63,684 nucleotides of DNA, from contig CALSCP010001670.1 of assembly GCA_943704425.1 (NCBI GenBank), positions 62,001 through 125,684 of the forward strand. Direction: 5' to 3'. This document shows, in pieces, positions 60,793 through 63,684 of this stretch. Every line of letters begins with the position of its first letter. The first letter of the stretch is position 1. Position numbers and translations under genes: made by a program. The notes beneath the pieces were generated by a model that was given only the letters and a program-made list of their open reading frames with translations, searched no databases and had not been told where the DNA came from. This stretch comes from Ministeria vibrans ATCC 50519 (taxonomy: Eukaryota; Protista; Filasterea).

Positions 60793-61397
60793 AAAGATAG
60801 ATATAGGCTTTAACAGAAGAATAATATTATAATCTATACACGAATAATTCTTCTTATAATAAAATTACAATAAGTATTAAATATTACTGCGTGGGTGTAT
60901 CATGAATATTGATTAAATCACTTTAAAGTTTAAATGGGCTGTAATTTGTCTTCTTCTTCTAATCTTCTTCTTCATAAACGGGCTGTATTCTATAATAATA
61001 AAAATCAATCAGCTATTAATTTCTAATTACTTATTGACTGAGTGACTGGCGGTTGTCCTAAATCACCTGAAAAGCAAAGACGACGAGAGGCAAATCTGAG
61101 AGAACCGTCAACTGAGAGTTCAGAGCAGACGCCAGACGGAACCCTCCCTCGCTACAGAATTCCACGAGAGACAAACGTGAGCTGTGTTGATCAGCCAGTC
61201 ATTACCAAAGAGAACTGTGAAAACGTTCCTTTTATTCGCCAACTTCACCTTAAGGTACCGAAACATTGACTCTCAGCCATCCAGGGGTTCACCTCCCCAT
61301 GGCGCACCTGTCATACGCTACAGCGTTCTGATGCAAAAAAAGATCACGCCGATCAGCAACAGCTGCACGTCGCGCCAGACCGGTAGGCCTTTGGCCT

Positions 61398-61501
61398 NNN
61401 NNNNNNNNNNNNNNNNNNNNNNNNNNNNNNNNNNNNNNNNNNNNNNNNNNNNNNNNNNNNNNNNNNNNNNNNNNNNNNNNNNNNNNNNNNNNNNNNNNNN
61501 N
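61398..61501. other. Assembly gap (N run)
   Basis: 104 Ns, followed by a G run and a copy of the AGAAACAAAGTGAT repeat. Confidence 1.
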
Positions 61502-61634
61502 NGGGGGGGGGGAAGAATCAAACCGCGTGTGAGAGAGTGAGAGAGAGGGGAGGAGAAAGAAACAAAGTGATGGAGAAAGGGTTACGAGATGCAGAAAAAA
61601 CAAGCGCTAAAATCTCACAACATTATTATTATAG

Positions 61635-62089
61635 GGTCTCTACCGTGGCTTCAACATCTCGGTCGTCGGCATCATTGTCTACCGTGGCCTGTACTTCGGT
61701 ATCTTCGACAGCGTCAAGCCCATCATCCCCGCCGAGTACCAGAGCAACTTCCTCGTCACCTTCATGCTCGGCTGGGCTATCACCATCGGTGCCGGCCTTG
61801 CCTCGTACCCCATCGACACCATCCGTCGCCGCATGATGATGACCTCTGGCGAGGCCGTCAAGTACAGCGGCTCTCTCGGTAAGTTTTTACTCTATTATTT
61901 TCGTTTTTGTTGTTGATACATGCTCATTCCTTCCTTCTATTTTGTTATGTAGACTGCGCCAAACAGATTATGGCCAAGGAGGGCTTCGCCTCCATGTTCA
62001 AGGGTGCTGGCGCCAACGTTCTCCGTGCCGTCGCCGGTGCCGGTGTGCTCGCTGGTTACGAGAAGATGCAGGAGATTTTCCTCAACTAG
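61635..62089 (+). CDS. ADP/ATP translocase, last two exons only (5' part lost at the N-gap 61398-61501)
   Basis: [37 protein letters not shown] (ANT signature RRRMMM), [18 protein letters not shown]. Confidence 0.95.
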
Positions 62090-62302
62090 AGATAAAGAAA
62101 AGCTCTCACGTTTTTTTCAACATTGTTATTAGTTTTGTTTTCAGTTCCACTGTATTTTTCTTCGAGTTTTATATATCTAATTGTCCATGTCCTATGGACA
62201 GCAGCTCTTTTCTTTATATAATTACGACGAGTCACAGTCAAAAAAAGTGTGAAAATAATCAGTTTCACAGTTTTTTTGTCAAATTGGTTTTCGAGTATTT
62301 AT

Positions 62303-63684
62303 ATGGCCATGTCCGATGGACAACAGCTGCTAGAGGCAATAAAGGAACGCAACGAGGAGGCTGGTATATACTTGAGCGAACGAACGAAATTTTAACCAAT
62401 CCTCACTGTGCATCAGTTTCGAATTTGCTGAACCGCCTTGGCCCTGCCGCGCTGGAGCTTGTCAATCGCGCTGACGCAGACGGTCGCTTTCCTCTTTCGT
62501 ATGCTGCCGCTAACAATGACGTCCTGGTCGCCGAGAAGCTCTTTCGTGTACAGCTCGACTGGTCGACCCGACCAAGAAGCAAAAAAAGTAAACAACTGAC
62601 TGTGTATGTACGAATGGGACGTAGGCGGGTGCCACCCTCGACAAGGGAGACGCCACGGGGCACTCGCCGCTCCACTATGCTGTGGCCGAGGCGGCATACG
62701 AGGCGGCCGACTTGCTCATTAGTGCCCGAGCGAATGTGGACGTCTCAGGCGAAGACGGCGACACTCCGCTGATGTGGGCCATCGAGAAGAACGACGTTCG
62801 CCTGGTCTCCCTCCTGCTGGACAGTGGTGCCGACATCAACCATTGCGACAGCGGCCTTGACGATGGCTCGCCCGCCCTCTACAGCGCCGTCAAGGGACAC
62901 AAAGAGGAGGTCACTGCCCTTCTCCTCGAACACGGCTGTGCCGTCAACGCGCGTGGTGGGGTTCAACACCAAACGGCCCTCATGATCGCCGCTCGGTACG
63001 TGACGCAAGGAGGGAGAGTGGGAGAGAGCTAACCGCTTATGTGTGTAGGTATGGCGAACTTGCGTTGGTGCAGTCCTTATTGAGTGCGCATGCCGACGCG
63101 TCGCTCAAAGACGACCAAAAGCGCACCGCACTTCACTGCGCTGCCACGCACGGCCATGCGCACGTTGCCATGACCCTTGTTAATGTACGCTACACTCACA
63201 CACACACACATTTATCTTCATATCACTGCATCTCTGTTTTCTCTCCGAAGTATTGCGCCAGTTTACTCAATGCAATCGACGAAGACGGTAAAACCGCACT
63301 GATCTGTGCAGCGGAGCAGTCACACGCGGACGTCGTGTCAACACTACTTGAAGTACCGCACTCATTTAAAGCGGAGGAAACTTGACATTGGCGCATTTAG
63401 ATGGGGGCTGATGCAAACGTGACGACAGTCGGCGGATGGACAGCGGCGCACTATGCGGCATGGCGGAACCACACTGGCACACTCAACGCGCTCATTCAGA
63501 GCCGCGTCAATGTCAACATTGGACTAGACTACACTCGTACAAAAGAAGCAAAAATCAGAGCGAGATAGATAGACAGCTAATGTGGTTGTCTTGTAGCACT
63601 CCATCTGGCGGCCAACATGCGACACAAGGACGCCGTTCGTATGCTTGTGCTCGCCGGCGCAAACGTATGCACTGCCCCCCCCCC
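62303..63684 (+). CDS. Ankyrin-repeat protein, multi-exon, runs off the window end
   Basis: Repeated G.(T/S)PL..A..LL..GA.VN motifs: GRFPLSYAA, GHSPLHYA, GDTPLMWA, SPALYSA, QTALMIAA, RTALHCAA, GKTALICAA, GWTAAHYAA, TPLHLAA. Confidence 0.9.

Overview
Gene-dense eukaryotic DNA with about 21 genes, short GT-AG introns rich in microsatellites and homopolymers, and two N-gaps. His and Trp biosynthesis genes sit beside FMR1/FXR, CPLANE2/RSG1, Notch-type EGF repeats and a tyrosine-kinase remnant, which suggests a flagellated unicellular opisthokont, probably a holozoan (inference). Genes in order: a partial membrane-protein 5' exon, ABRACL/Costars, PANK4-type kinase-DUF89 fusion, a two-domain glycosyltransferase, NSDHL, an RDH/HSD17B-like SDR, LYST-type BEACH protein, a giant secreted LTD-repeat/EGF/ZU5-like protein, allantoicase, an orphan last exon, an HSF first exon, HIS1, CPLANE2, PASK, a TrpC-TrpF fusion, RPL3, an ApoD-like lipocalin, a TK pseudogene, FMR1/FXR, an ependymin-related protein, the 3' part of the ADP/ATP carrier and an ankyrin protein. 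Highlights: (1) an apparent RGS domain inserted in the LYST protein between a CxxH/CxxC pair; (2) a secreted protein of 16 lamin-tail-like domains in a strict (ABCD)x4 order, followed by 17 EGFs and a ZU5-like domain; (3) gene halves that break at long intronic poly(A) runs (EGF gene/LYST, HSF/orphan exon), most likely assembly misjoins; (4) a dispersed intronic AGAAACAAAGTGATAG repeat family; (5) G-quadruplex motifs on the template strand of 5'-proximal introns in five genes. All domain calls come from recognising motifs by eye; no searches were run.
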